The notes: generated by a model from the sequence alone, not told the origin. A stretch of DNA of 64,000 nt from an uncultured Gemmatimonadales bacterium (GCA_963851265.1 CAWKNZ010000007.1:448001-512000); one strand, 5' to 3'. Shown: positions 39,552-49,708, numbered from the stretch's first letter. A program made the numbers and translations.

Positions 39552-42500
39552 CGGGCGTGGCCGCGGAAGGCGCCAGGCGCCCGAGCTCGACGAGGTAGTA
39601 GGGCGCCCAGTAGGCGAGATTGCGCAGCCGGGGGTCGCCGGCGCGGTGGGCGCGGAGCGCGCGCTGGAGGGCGACGTCGGGCGGGTCGCCGGCGGCGAGC
39701 GCCTCGTGGAGGTGCACCATGATGGGGCGCGCCGCCGCCGACGCGACGGGCCAGAGTGCGCCGAGCACGCACCGCACGCCCGACGCGAAGAGCACCGCCT
39801 GAATGCCGAACACGTCGTCGCCGGGCAACTCCGTGAGGCCACGGCCGGCGATGGCGCGCTGCCCGGAGTTGCAGGCGGCGAGCACGACGAGTTCCGCGCG
39901 CAGGCCGAGCGCCGCCACGCCGATCCCGTCGAGCGAGCCGTCGCGCAGGTAGACGCGCGTCGAGAGCGGGTCGTCGGCCGCGCCGGGGGCGAGCACCGAC
40001 ACCGCGTGTGTCGCGAGGTGGACGGTGGCCACGTCGGGGAGCGCGGCGGCGAGCGCCGCGAGCCGCGCGCGCGAGGCGTCGCCGCCGGTGAGCACCGTCA
40101 CCGGGCGCCCCTGCGCGGCGTACGCGGCGCCGACGTCGCGCGCCTCGGGCTCGGTGTCGGCGAGCGCGGGCGGAGCGTTAGGCCCGTCGAACGTGCCGCA
40201 CCCGACGCTGAGCACCGCGCCGCCGGCGGGGCCCGTCCAGTCGAGGAGCAGCGCGCCGAGGTTGGGGACGTACCGGACGGCGAACGTCTCGACGAGGGGC
40301 GCGCCGTCCCAGTCGACGGCGTGGAACGGAAACAGGTGCAGCGCGCGGTGCGGCGAGACGACGAGCCGGCGCTTGCCGCGCATGCGAGCGCGGCACGCGT
40401 CGGGCATGAGGCGGCCGCCGAGCGCGTCGAAGAATCCGGAGAAATTGCGGTTGGTCCGCCCGCCCGCGAGCAGGGCGGTGAAGTCGGTCAACTGCTGCAC
40501 GTCGTCGGCCGTCGGCGCGACGCGGGCGACGTCGATCCCGGCCGCGTCGATGGCGGCGACGACGAGCAGATCGGCCGTGATCCAGTAGTACGCGAGCACG
40601 ACCTCGTCGGCCGCGAGTGCGCCCTGCACGGCGGCGACCGTCGGGGTGGGAGGCGCCGCCGCGGCGCGGGCGCGCGCGATGGTCTCGAGCGACCAGCGGC
40701 GTTCGCGCCGCGTCGCGTCCGACTCGGCGTCGATCTCGCGCCAGCGCTCGAGCGTGACCGCGTCCGGCGGCGGCGCGCGACGCAGCACGCCGCGCGCCTT
40801 GGCCGCGTCCATGAGGGCGAGCATCGTGTCCCAGTCGCCGAGCCGGCGGGCGATGCCCACGCCGTAATCGTACGCCCAGGTGGTCGCGGCGAAGAACGCG
40901 CTCTGCTGGTACGGATCGCCGACGTGTGCGCGCAGCGCCTCGACCAGCGACACGGCCGCCACACAGGCGGCGAGCGCGCCCGCCGGGTCTTCGCCACCCG
41001 CAGCCTTCATGCGCGTCCACTGCGCGTCGAGGTAGATCTGGCGCTCGTACGCGCCGGCGAACGACTCGGGGACCGGCGGGCGTCCCTCCAGCACGAGCGT
41101 GGCCGCGTCGTCGAGCGCGGCCCGGCATGCGTCCGCGTCGCCCTGCTGAAGCTTCACGTTGGCCGTGAGGAGCGCTCCGCGCGCCCGCTGCGCGGAGGGC
41201 ATGCCGGCACCCGCGGTGGCCAGCGCGGCAGCCTCCGCGGCCAGGTCGTCGCACGGCGCGTCGGGTGCGAGCGCCCAGCACGCGTCGAGGGCGGCCTGGA
41301 CGCGGCCGTCGTACGCCGCGACGGCCTGCTGCCACTTCCACCCCTCGCTGGCGGCGCCGGCGTCCGGCGCCGCGCCGGCGAGGCCGTAGGGCGTGAGCTC
41401 CGCGTCGAGCGCCGCCGCGCTCGCGCGGGCCCGCCCAGTCATTTCCTCACCGATCGCGTGCACGGCGGCGAGCATCTCCTCAGCGCGGGCCGCGTCCGCG
41501 GCGTCGCCTCGGCGCGCGGCGATGCGCGCCTGCGCGATCCCGGACCACGTCGCGACGCCGGTCGTGCAGCGTTGGAGGAACGCGTTGCCGCCCTCGCGTG
41601 CGGCGGCCGCGATCAGCGCCGCGACCGCGGCGTCGGCCCCGGCGACCTCCGGGTCGGCGACGCCCGCGTCGGATAGCGCGGCCGTCGCGTCGGCGGCGGC
41701 GCGCGCGGCCTCGAAATAGTCGCCGGCCGCACAGTTCTGGCGCGCCAGCGCGGCGAGGTCGGCGGCGCGGTCGAGCGGGTCGGCGGCGGAGGCGAGGACC
41801 GCGCCCAACGCCTGCGCGGCGTCGGCGTCGAGGTCGGCCGCGACGCGCGCGCGGAGCGCGGCGGCGCGCGCGCGGGCGTCCGCGGCGTGGTCGGGCTCCG
41901 CGGCGGCGGCGAACGCTTCGGCGGCGCGGCCGTACCACGCGAGCGCGGCGGTGGCGCGGCCGAGGAGCGCCGCGCCGCCGCCGAGCGCGAGGGCGATGTG
42001 TCCCCGCGAGTGGTCGAGGTTCGGGCGAAACTCGTCCCCCGGCGGGATGCGCGCGGCGAGCGCGTCGAACTCGCCGAGCACGGCGTCGAGCGCGGCGAGC
42101 CGGTCGGGGGTGACCGCGCCGAGGCCGCAGGCCTCCACGGCGGGCGCGGCGCGCGCGCCGAGTGCGATCAGTGCGTCGTGCGCCTCCTGCGCGGCCGGCG
42201 ACGGCGTGTCGATCACGACGTCGGGGTGCGCCGCGACCAGGACGGCGGTCACGGCCGCGGCGAAGGTCGCCCGGCGCACGCGCTCGCAATCGACGCGTTC
42301 GGGAGCAGCCGCCGTTTGCTGCTCGCACGCGGCGAGTCGCTCGGCGAGCGTCGCCACGCTCGCCGGGCTGAGGTCGAGACCGAGCTCGTGCATCAGACGC
42401 CAGCGGACGAGCAGGAGCGCGCGGTAGGTGGCGCGGGCCGCGTCGGGCGTGGCGACGGCCGACTCGTAGTCGGCGAGCGACGCCGGGTCGGGCCGGGCGA

Positions 42501-42591
42501 GCCACGCTTCCGCGCGCCGAATGCTCGCGAGCAGATCGGCGCGGCGGTCGCTGCGGCGGAGGGCGGCGTCGAACAGTGTCCAGTCGATCAC
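39544..42591 (-). CDS. CHAT domain (caspase-like) protease with long helical/TPR-like N-terminus
   Basis: LVVSPHRALHLFPFHA, VHLATHA, LVVLAACNSG, ALWPV, YWAPY. Confidence 0.9.
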   Translation of the reverse strand: MIDWTLFDAALRRSDRRADLLASIRRAEAWLARPDPASLADYESAVATPDAARATYRALLLVRWRLMHELGLDLSPASVATLAERLAACEQQTAAAPERVDCERVRRATFAAAVTAVLVAAHPDVVIDTPSPAAQEAHDALIALGARAAPAVEACGLGAVTPDRLAALDAVLGEFDALAARIPPGDEFRPNLDHSRGHIALALGGGAALLGRATAALAWYGRAAEAFAAAAEPDHAADARARAAALRARVAADLDADAAQALGAVLASAADPLDRAADLAALARQNCAAGDYFEAARAAADATAALSDAGVADPEVAGADAAVAALIAAAAREGGNAFLQRCTTGVATWSGIAQARIAARRGDAADAARAEEMLAAVHAIGEEMTGRARASAAALDAELTPYGLAGAAPDAGAASEGWKWQQAVAAYDGRVQAALDACWALAPDAPCDDLAAEAAALATAGAGMPSAQRARGALLTANVKLQQGDADACRAALDDAATLVLEGRPPVPESFAGAYERQIYLDAQWTRMKAAGGEDPAGALAACVAAVSLVEALRAHVGDPYQQSAFFAATTWAYDYGVGIARRLGDWDTMLALMDAAKARGVLRRAPPPDAVTLERWREIDAESDATRRERRWSLETIARARAAAAPPTPTVAAVQGALAADEVVLAYYWITADLLVVAAIDAAGIDVARVAPTADDVQQLTDFTALLAGGRTNRNFSGFFDALGGRLMPDACRARMRGKRRLVVSPHRALHLFPFHAVDWDGAPLVETFAVRYVPNLGALLLDWTGPAGGAVLSVGCGTFDGPNAPPALADTEPEARDVGAAYAAQGRPVTVLTGGDASRARLAALAAALPDVATVHLATHAVSVLAPGAADDPLSTRVYLRDGSLDGIGVAALGLRAELVVLAACNSGQRAIAGRGLTELPGDDVFGIQAVLFASGVRCVLGALWPVASAAARPIMVHLHEALAAGDPPDVALQRALRAHRAGDPRLRNLAYWAPYYLVELGRLAPSAATPDA

Positions 42592-42729
42592 GGCACGATC
42601 ATACCGCGGCAGTCGCGGTTGGTAAGAGGGACCGCGGCGACGTGCGGCGTGCGTGCGCGCGGCGGGCTATGCTTGGGAGCGCCCGGCCGTCCGGCGGTGG
42701 GGCGTTCCCGGCCACCCGAAGCTCCCGTG

Positions 42730-44568
42730 ATGCCCGACGTGTTGCCGCGCGCCGACCACCCCGGCGAGTTCGCCCCGGCCGCCAAGCAGGCGGTCTACGA
42801 CGCGATCGCGGCGCGACGCGACATCCGGAACTTCCGCCCCGACGCGCTGCCCGACGACGTCGTGCGGCGCTTGCTGGAGGCCGCGCACCAGGCCGGCTCG
42901 GTGGGGCTGATGCAGCCGTGGGACTTCATCCTCCTGCGGTCACCGGAGCGGAAGGCCGAGGTCTACGCGCTGTTCCGGCGCGCGACCGAGCGGGCCGCGC
43001 TGCGCTACGACGGTGACCGGCGCGAGGCGTACGCCTCGCTCAAGCTGCAGGGCATTCTCGATGCGCCGCTCTGCATCTGCGTCACCTGCGACACCACGCG
43101 CGGTGGCCCGCACGTGCTGGGGCGCGACACCATCCCCGAGATGGACCGGTACAGCACGTGCCTCGCGGTCCAGAACCTCTGGCTCGCGGCGCGTGCCGAG
43201 GGCGTCGGCGTGGGGTGGGTGAGCATCGTCGACAACGACGAACTCGCGGCGGCACTCGGACTGCCGGCGGGGGTGGTGCCCATCGCGTTCCTGTGCGTGG
43301 GCTACCCGGTGGAGTTTCCTGGCGCGCCCATGCTGGCCACGAGCGGGTGGCGCGCGCGGCTCCCGTTGGACGCGCTCGTGCACGAGGAGCGGTGGTCCGG
43401 CGGGCCCGCGGACCGGGGTGCGGCCGCGCCAGCGACCACGGACCGTCTCGCGGCCGTCGCACACCCAGTCGACGGCGATGCCGACGCCGTGGGCGCGCTG
43501 GCCGGTGCGGTAGCCCCCGCCGACCACGGCGGCGTGCGCGAGGCGCGCGTGCGTCGGCGCTTCGACGCGCTCGCGGTCCCCCGCGGCAGTCTGGGGCGAC
43601 TCGAGGAGCTCGCGGTGTGGGTGGCGTGCGCGCAGGGCCGCGACGCGCCGAGCGCCGGGCGCACGCGGATGCTGGTGTTCGCCGGCGACCACGGCGTGAC
43701 GGCGGAGGGCGTGAGCGCGTACCGGCCGGAGGTCACGCGCCGCCTGTGCTACAACATGCTCGCGGGCGGTGCGGCCATCAACGCGCTGCTGCGGCCGACG
43801 GGGACGCCGCTCGCGGTGATCGACGTGGGCGTCGCGCACGCGTTCGACCCGTCGGCGGGGGTGGAGCACGCGAAGGTGGCGCGCGGGACGGCGAACATCG
43901 CCCGCGCCTCCGCGATGTCGCGCGCCGAGGCGTTCGCGAGCGTGGCGGCCGGCGCCGCCGCGGTGGAGCGGCACCTGCCGCTCGACGTGCTCGCGTTAGG
44001 CGAGGTGGGGATCGGGAACACGACGTCGGCGGCGGCGCTGCTCGCGGTGCTCACGGGCGCCGACGGCGACGCCGTGTCGGGCGCGGGGACGGGCGTCGGG
44101 CCGCGCGCGCGCGCGCGGAAGGCGCGGGTGATCGATGCGGTCGTCCGGCGCGCGCGGGCCGCGGCCGGGGACCTCGGCGCGCCGGACCCGATGCACGCGC
44201 TCGCGGAGGCCGGCGGCTTCGAGATCGGTGCGCTCGCGGGCGCGATCCTCGCCGCCGCCGCGCACCGCGTGCCGGTGGTGCTCGACGGCTTCATCACCGG
44301 TGTGGCCGCCATGGTCGCGGTCGCGCTCGCGCCGGACGCACGCGACTACCTCATCCCGTCCCACCGGTCGGCCGAGCGGGCACACGGCCGCGTGCTCGAC
44401 GCGCTCGGCCGACCGCCGCTGTTCGACCTCGCGCTGCGGCTCGGCGAGGGGTCGGGGGCCGCGCTCGCCCTCCCGCTCGTCGAGGCCGCGTGCGCGCTGC
44501 TCCGCGACGTGCGCACCTTCGCCGAGTCGGGGATCGAGCCGCCCGTCGACGCGCGTCAGGCGGAGTGA
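42730..44568 (+). CDS. bluB-cobT: BluB-CobT fusion (DMB synthase plus nicotinate-nucleotide DMB phosphoribosyltransferase)
   Basis: RRDIRNF, SVGLMQPW, QNLWLAARAEGVGVGWVS; then GSLGRLE, FAGDHGV, GEVGIGNTT, LDGFI, RLGEGSGA. Confidence 0.9.
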   Translation: MPDVLPRADHPGEFAPAAKQAVYDAIAARRDIRNFRPDALPDDVVRRLLEAAHQAGSVGLMQPWDFILLRSPERKAEVYALFRRATERAALRYDGDRREAYASLKLQGILDAPLCICVTCDTTRGGPHVLGRDTIPEMDRYSTCLAVQNLWLAARAEGVGVGWVSIVDNDELAAALGLPAGVVPIAFLCVGYPVEFPGAPMLATSGWRARLPLDALVHEERWSGGPADRGAAAPATTDRLAAVAHPVDGDADAVGALAGAVAPADHGGVREARVRRRFDALAVPRGSLGRLEELAVWVACAQGRDAPSAGRTRMLVFAGDHGVTAEGVSAYRPEVTRRLCYNMLAGGAAINALLRPTGTPLAVIDVGVAHAFDPSAGVEHAKVARGTANIARASAMSRAEAFASVAAGAAAVERHLPLDVLALGEVGIGNTTSAAALLAVLTGADGDAVSGAGTGVGPRARARKARVIDAVVRRARAAAGDLGAPDPMHALAEAGGFEIGALAGAILAAAAHRVPVVLDGFITGVAAMVAVALAPDARDYLIPSHRSAERAHGRVLDALGRPPLFDLALRLGEGSGAALALPLVEAACALLRDVRTFAESGIEPPVDARQAE

Positions 44569-44701
44569 GCGCGGGAGCGACGGACAGGCGCGACGGCGAT
44601 AGGCAAAGGCGCCGCGGGCTGACATCTTCGGGGCAGCGGCGCCGGTAGCACCCTCGCCACTCCGCCACGCCACCGCGCACCTCGTCCAGCGTCCCGCCCC
44701 C

Positions 44702-45370
44702 GTGTTCCGACCGCCCTCCACCGGCTTCGTCCCGAGCCGCGTCCGCCTGGCGCTCCCGCTCGGCGCGCTTCTGTGCGCCGCGGTCGCGTGCGACCGACCG
44801 CGCCAGCCGCCCGCGGCGACACCGACCGCCGCCGTGGCGCCGGCGGCTCCCGCGCCGCCGCCGCGGCCCGCCCCGCCGCCTCCTCGCCCGCTGGCCGACA
44901 TGCGCCTCGAGGTCGACACGCGCGCGCGGCGCGTGCTCGTGTTCCACCACGACTCGCAGACCGCCACGTACCCCGTCGCGGTCGGGTCGCCGGAGTGGCC
45001 CACGCGGCACGGCACGTGGAAGGTCGTGCAGGTGATCTGGAATCCGGAGTGGCGGCCGCCGGAGGAGTCGTGGGCCGCGGACCTCAAGCGGCGCGGGCCG
45101 GGCGATCCGGAGAACCCGCTGGGACACCTGCAGCTCGTCTACGACCCGCCGCGCACGATCCACGGCACCAACCACCCGTCGTCGGTCGGGAAGGCCGTGT
45201 CGCACGGCTCGATCCGCATGCGCGACGCCGAGATCACCGCGCTCGCCCGCGACGTGATGGAGGCCGCGGGGGTGGGGCGCGACTCGGCGTGGGTGGCGCG
45301 GGTCAAGGCGAACCGGCACGAGAAGCTGATCATCGACCTGCCGCGCGTCGTGCCGATCCGCGTGCACTGA
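44702..45370 (+). CDS. L,D-transpeptidase lipoprotein
   Basis: Lipobox AVAC, NPEWRPP, IHGT; VSHGSIRM has Ser at the catalytic Cys position. Confidence 0.85.
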   Translation: MFRPPSTGFVPSRVRLALPLGALLCAAVACDRPRQPPAATPTAAVAPAAPAPPPRPAPPPPRPLADMRLEVDTRARRVLVFHHDSQTATYPVAVGSPEWPTRHGTWKVVQVIWNPEWRPPEESWAADLKRRGPGDPENPLGHLQLVYDPPRTIHGTNHPSSVGKAVSHGSIRMRDAEITALARDVMEAAGVGRDSAWVARVKANRHEKLIIDLPRVVPIRVH

Positions 45371-45385
45371 CGTACACTGCCGGCC

Positions 45386-46978
45386 ATGCTCAACCTCGCT
45401 ATGATCGTCGAGCACCACGCCCGCCTGCACCCCGAGCGCGAGGCGATCGTGTGCGGCCCGGCGCGCCTGACGTACGCCGCGCTCGACGAGGCGGCGTGCC
45501 GCGTCGCGGGCGCGCTGCGCGCGTTAGGCGTGCGCCCGGGCGACCACGTGGCGCTGTCGTGTCCCAACACGCCGCACTTCCCGGTCGCGTACTTCGGCAT
45601 TCTGAAGGCCGGCGCCGCGGTCGTGCCGCTCAACGTGCTGCTCAAGCCGCGCGAGATCGCCTACCACCTGCGCGACGCCGACGCGGTGGCGTATCTCTGC
45701 TACGAGGGCACGGCCGAGCTGCCCATGGCGCGGATGGGGTACGACGGCTTCCGCGAGGCCGCCGCGGCGGCGGACGCGACGTGCACGCGATTCGTCGTGA
45801 TGGCGGCCGATCCGAGCGGCGCGTCGCCGGTGGCCGGGGCGCTCACGCTCGACGCACTCGTGCGCGACCAGCCGCCGCGGTGCGAGACGACGCTCCGCGC
45901 CCCCGACGACACCGCCGTGATCCTCTACACGTCGGGCACGACGGGGCAGCCGAAGGGGGCGGAGCTGACGCACGCCAACATGCTGCTCAACGCGACGGCG
46001 GCGCGCGAGATGGCGCTCGGCGCGCTCGGGCTCGAGGCGTCGACGGCGCTGTGTGTGCTGCCACTGTTCCACTCGTTCGGACAGACGTCGGTCATGAACG
46101 CGAGCCTGTACCACGGCAGCCGCGTGGTGCTCGTGCCGCGCTTCGAGCCCGCGGCGGTGCTCGACCTGATGGTGCGCGAGCGGGTCAACGCGTTCGCCGG
46201 CGTGCCGACGATGTACTGGGCGCTGCTGCGCCACGCGGAGGAGCAGGGCACCGCCACCGCGCCGATCGCGGCGCACCTGCGCATGTGTCTGTCCGGGGGC
46301 GCGCCGATCCCGGTCGAGATCCTGCGCGCCTTCGACCAGCGCTTCGGCGTCGAGATCCTCGAGGGGTACGGGCTGTCCGAGACGTCGCCGGTGGCGACGT
46401 TCAACCAGATCGGTCGGCCGAGGAAGCCGGGGTCGATCGGACTGCCGATCTGGGGGTGCGAGGTGCGCGTGGTGGACGCCGACGACCGCGAGCTGCCGCC
46501 CGAGACGCTCGGCGAGATCGTGATCCGCGGGCACAATGTGATGAAGGGCTACTATGAACGCCCCGAGGCCACGGCCGAGGCGATGCGCGGCGGCTGGTTC
46601 CACACGGGCGACCTCGCCCGCGTGGACGCCGAGGGGTACTTCTACATCGCGGACCGCGTGAAGGACATGATCATCCGCGGCGGGCTGAACGTGTACCCGC
46701 GCGAGGTCGAGGAGGTGCTGCACGCGCACCCGGCGGTGTCGAGCGCGGCGGTGATCGGCGTGCCGCACGCGGAGCACGGGGAGGAGGTGATGGCGTACGT
46801 GATCCGGAAGCCCGGCGCGGCGCTCACCGAGGCGGCGCTGATCGCGTGGGCGCGCGACGAGATGGCGGCGTACAAGTACCCGCGCGTGGTGGAGTTCGTG
46901 GACGCGCTGCCCATGACGTCCACGGGCAAGGTGCTCAAGCGCGAGCTGCGCGCGCGAGTCGGGGCGGGCATCGCCTGA
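45386..46978 (+). CDS. Long-chain acyl-CoA ligase
   Basis: YTSGTTGQPKG, EGYGLSET, TGD, TGKVLKR. Confidence 0.93.
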   Translation: MLNLAMIVEHHARLHPEREAIVCGPARLTYAALDEAACRVAGALRALGVRPGDHVALSCPNTPHFPVAYFGILKAGAAVVPLNVLLKPREIAYHLRDADAVAYLCYEGTAELPMARMGYDGFREAAAAADATCTRFVVMAADPSGASPVAGALTLDALVRDQPPRCETTLRAPDDTAVILYTSGTTGQPKGAELTHANMLLNATAAREMALGALGLEASTALCVLPLFHSFGQTSVMNASLYHGSRVVLVPRFEPAAVLDLMVRERVNAFAGVPTMYWALLRHAEEQGTATAPIAAHLRMCLSGGAPIPVEILRAFDQRFGVEILEGYGLSETSPVATFNQIGRPRKPGSIGLPIWGCEVRVVDADDRELPPETLGEIVIRGHNVMKGYYERPEATAEAMRGGWFHTGDLARVDAEGYFYIADRVKDMIIRGGLNVYPREVEEVLHAHPAVSSAAVIGVPHAEHGEEVMAYVIRKPGAALTEAALIAWARDEMAAYKYPRVVEFVDALPMTSTGKVLKRELRARVGAGIA

Positions 46979-46987
46979 CGCGGGCCG

Positions 46988-48133
46988 GTGCCGGTGACGG
47001 GGTTCACGTTCGAGACGACGCCGCGGGTCGTCTGCGCGGACGGCGCGGCCGCGGGGCTCGGCGCGCTCGCGCGCGAGTTGGGGATGACGCGCGCCCTCGT
47101 CGTCACCGACCGCGGGCTGCTGGGCGCCGGCGCGCTCGGGCCCGCGCTGGCGAGCTTCGAGGCGGCGGGCGTGCAGGCGGTGGTGTTCGCGGACGTGCTC
47201 CCCGACCCGCCCGAGTCGTGCGTCGAGGCGGCCGTCGGGCTGGCGCGCGAGCGGCGCGTCGACGGCGTCGTCGGACTCGGCGGCGGGAGTTCGATGGACA
47301 CGGCGAAGCTCGCCGCGCTGCTGGCCGCGTCGGGCGAGGCGCTCACCGCGACGTACGGCGTCGACGTCGCGCGCGGGCCGCGGCTGCCACTGGTGCAGGT
47401 GCCGACCACGGCCGGCACGGGGTCGGAGGTGACCCCGATCGCGATCGTGACCACGCCGTCCAACGAGAAGCAGGGCGTCGTCTCGCGCCACCTGCTGCCC
47501 GACGTCGCCGTGCTCGACGCGACGCTCACGCTCGGCCTGCCGCCGCGGGCGACGGCGATGACCGGGATCGACGCGATGGTGCACGCGATCGAGGCGTACA
47601 CGTCGCGGCACAAGAAGAACGTCGTCTCGGACACGCTCGGCGTGCGGGCCCTCGGGCTGCTCTCGACGCACATCCGGCGCGCGATCGCGGACGGGGCGGA
47701 CCTCGACGCGCGGCGCGCGATGCTGCAGGGCGCGACCCTCGCGGGGATGGCGTTCGCCAACGCGCCGGTGGCCGCGGTGCACGCGCTCGCCTACCCGCTC
47801 GGCGGGCACTTCCACGTGCCGCACGGGCTGAGCAACGCGCTCGTGCTGCTGCCCGTGCTGGAGTTCAATCTGCCGGTCGCGGACGCGCACTACGGCGAAC
47901 TGGCGCCCGCGATCGCCGGCGCGGAGGACGCGACGGGGCGCGGCTTCGTGCGGGCGGTCGAGGCGCTGGTCGCGGCGATGCCGCTCGAGCGCCGGTTGCG
48001 CGACGTCGGCGTGCGCGAGGCCGACCTGCCGACGCTCGCCGCGGACGCGATGCGCGTGCAGCGTCTGCTCGTGAACAACCCGCGCGAGGTCACGTACGAC
48101 GACGCGCTCGCCATGTACCGCCGGGCGCTCTGA
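46988..48133 (+). CDS. Iron-containing alcohol dehydrogenase
   Basis: GGGSSMD, PTTAGTGSE, DAMVHAIE, VHALAY-HVPHG. Confidence 0.93.
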   Translation: MPVTGFTFETTPRVVCADGAAAGLGALARELGMTRALVVTDRGLLGAGALGPALASFEAAGVQAVVFADVLPDPPESCVEAAVGLARERRVDGVVGLGGGSSMDTAKLAALLAASGEALTATYGVDVARGPRLPLVQVPTTAGTGSEVTPIAIVTTPSNEKQGVVSRHLLPDVAVLDATLTLGLPPRATAMTGIDAMVHAIEAYTSRHKKNVVSDTLGVRALGLLSTHIRRAIADGADLDARRAMLQGATLAGMAFANAPVAAVHALAYPLGGHFHVPHGLSNALVLLPVLEFNLPVADAHYGELAPAIAGAEDATGRGFVRAVEALVAAMPLERRLRDVGVREADLPTLAADAMRVQRLLVNNPREVTYDDALAMYRRAL

Positions 48134-48147
48134 GACCCCGTCCTCCC

Positions 48148-48582
48148 ATGCCGCCGGCCGAGGCACCCGAGACGCGCGACCGCTACGCCCACGTCACGAC
48201 GCTCGACACGCGGTGGATGGACAACGACGCGTACGGGCACGTGAACAACGTGGTCTACTACAGCTTCTTCGACACCGCGGTGAACCGGTGGCTGATCGAG
48301 CGTGGCGTGCTGCAGGTGGCGACGAGCGCGGCGATCGGGCTGGTGGTCGAGACGCAGTGCCGGTACCTCAAGCCGATCGCGTTCCCCGACCGGGTCGCGG
48401 CCGGGCTGCGCGTGGCGCACGTCGGGCGGTCGAGCGTGCGATACGAGATCGGGCTGTTTCGGAACGACGACGACGACGCGGCCGCGTCGGGACATTTCGT
48501 GCACGTCTACGTGGACCGCGTCACGCGCCGGACGACCCCGGTGCCCGAGGACGTGCGGGCGGCGCTCGCGGCGCTGCGCTAA
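48148..48582 (+). CDS. Acyl-CoA thioesterase
   Basis: RWMDNDAYGHVNNVVYY, GHFVHVYVD. Confidence 0.9.
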   Translation: MPPAEAPETRDRYAHVTTLDTRWMDNDAYGHVNNVVYYSFFDTAVNRWLIERGVLQVATSAAIGLVVETQCRYLKPIAFPDRVAAGLRVAHVGRSSVRYEIGLFRNDDDDAAASGHFVHVYVDRVTRRTTPVPEDVRAALAALR

Positions 48583-48601
48583 CCCCTTCCAGGAACGATT
48601 C

Positions 48602-49708
48602 GTGTCGAAAGTGAAGATCGGGATCATCGGCTCGCGATTCCAGGCGGACTGCATCGCGGCGTCCGTCGCGGCGATGCCCGACGAGGCGGAGGTCGTCGCG
48701 GTCGCCTCGCCGTCGCCGGGCAACGCGGAGGCGTTCGCGCGACGGCACGGCATTCCGGCGTTCCACGCCGACTATCGCGAGATGCTGCGCGACCCGGCGG
48801 TCGAGCTGGTCGCGATCACCGCGCCCAACAACCTGCACGCGCGTATGACCGTCGACGCGGCGCGCGCGGGCAAGCACGTGGTCTGCGAGAAGCCGCTCTG
48901 CGTGACGCTCGAGGAAGCGGACGAGATGATCGACGCGTGCGCGCGCGCAGGGGTACTGCTGCTGTACGCGGAGGAGTTGTTCTTCGCGCCGAAGTACGTG
49001 AAGGCCAAGCAGATGGCCGACGAGGGCGCGTTCGGGCGCGTGCACCTCGTGAAGCAGGGGGAGAAGCACTCGGGGCCCCACGCGGACTGGTTCTGGGACG
49101 TGAACCAGTCGGGCGGGGGCACGCTGATGGACCTCGGCTGTCACGGGATCGCCTTCTGCTGGTGGTTCCTCGGCAAGCCGAAAGTGAAGAGCGTCTACGC
49201 GCAGCTGTCGACGCAGGTGCACGGTGCGCGCACGGCCGGCGACGACGAGGCGCTGTGCGTGATCGAATTCGAGGGCGGGGCGGTCGGCGTGGTCGAGAAC
49301 AGCTGGACCAAGCCCGGCGGGATGGACGACACGATCGAGGTGTTCGGAGACAAGGGGCAGACGTACGCCGACCTGCTGATGGGGAACGCGCTCGCCACGT
49401 ACAGCGACGTGGGCTTCGGCTACGCGGTCGAGAAAGCGTCGACGACGCGCGGGTGGACCTACCCGGTGTTCGAGGAGCACTGGAACTACGGCTTCCCGCA
49501 GGAGATGCGGCACTTCGCCCGGTGCGTGCGCGGCAAGGAGGCGCCGATCTCGGACGGCGAGACGGGGCGGGTCGTGCAGGAGGTGCTGTACGCGGCGTAC
49601 GCGTCCGCGGGGCTCGGGCGGAAGGTCGCGCTGCCGTTCCGGCCGCGCGGGATCGCCCGGCCGATCGACCTGTGGAAGCGGCCGGAGCTGGCGCAGGGCG
49701 CGCCGTGA
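48602..49708 (+). CDS. Gfo/Idh/MocA oxidoreductase
   Basis: GKHVVCEKP, GGGTLMDLGCH. Confidence 0.9.
   Translation: MSKVKIGIIGSRFQADCIAASVAAMPDEAEVVAVASPSPGNAEAFARRHGIPAFHADYREMLRDPAVELVAITAPNNLHARMTVDAARAGKHVVCEKPLCVTLEEADEMIDACARAGVLLLYAEELFFAPKYVKAKQMADEGAFGRVHLVKQGEKHSGPHADWFWDVNQSGGGTLMDLGCHGIAFCWWFLGKPKVKSVYAQLSTQVHGARTAGDDEALCVIEFEGGAVGVVENSWTKPGGMDDTIEVFGDKGQTYADLLMGNALATYSDVGFGYAVEKASTTRGWTYPVFEEHWNYGFPQEMRHFARCVRGKEAPISDGETGRVVQEVLYAAYASAGLGRKVALPFRPRGIARPIDLWKRPELAQGAP

Noticed and set aside
42626..42650. GGT...AAGAGGGA resembling a cobalamin riboswitch start upstream of bluB-cobT
   Set aside because: The downstream core (CCCGCAACTGT-like segment and B12 box) is absent
45386..46978. 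CoA ligase as the p-coumaroyl-CoA ligase for PYP
   Set aside because: It lies about 12 kb away in a separate operon and reads as a generic long-chain acyl-CoA ligase
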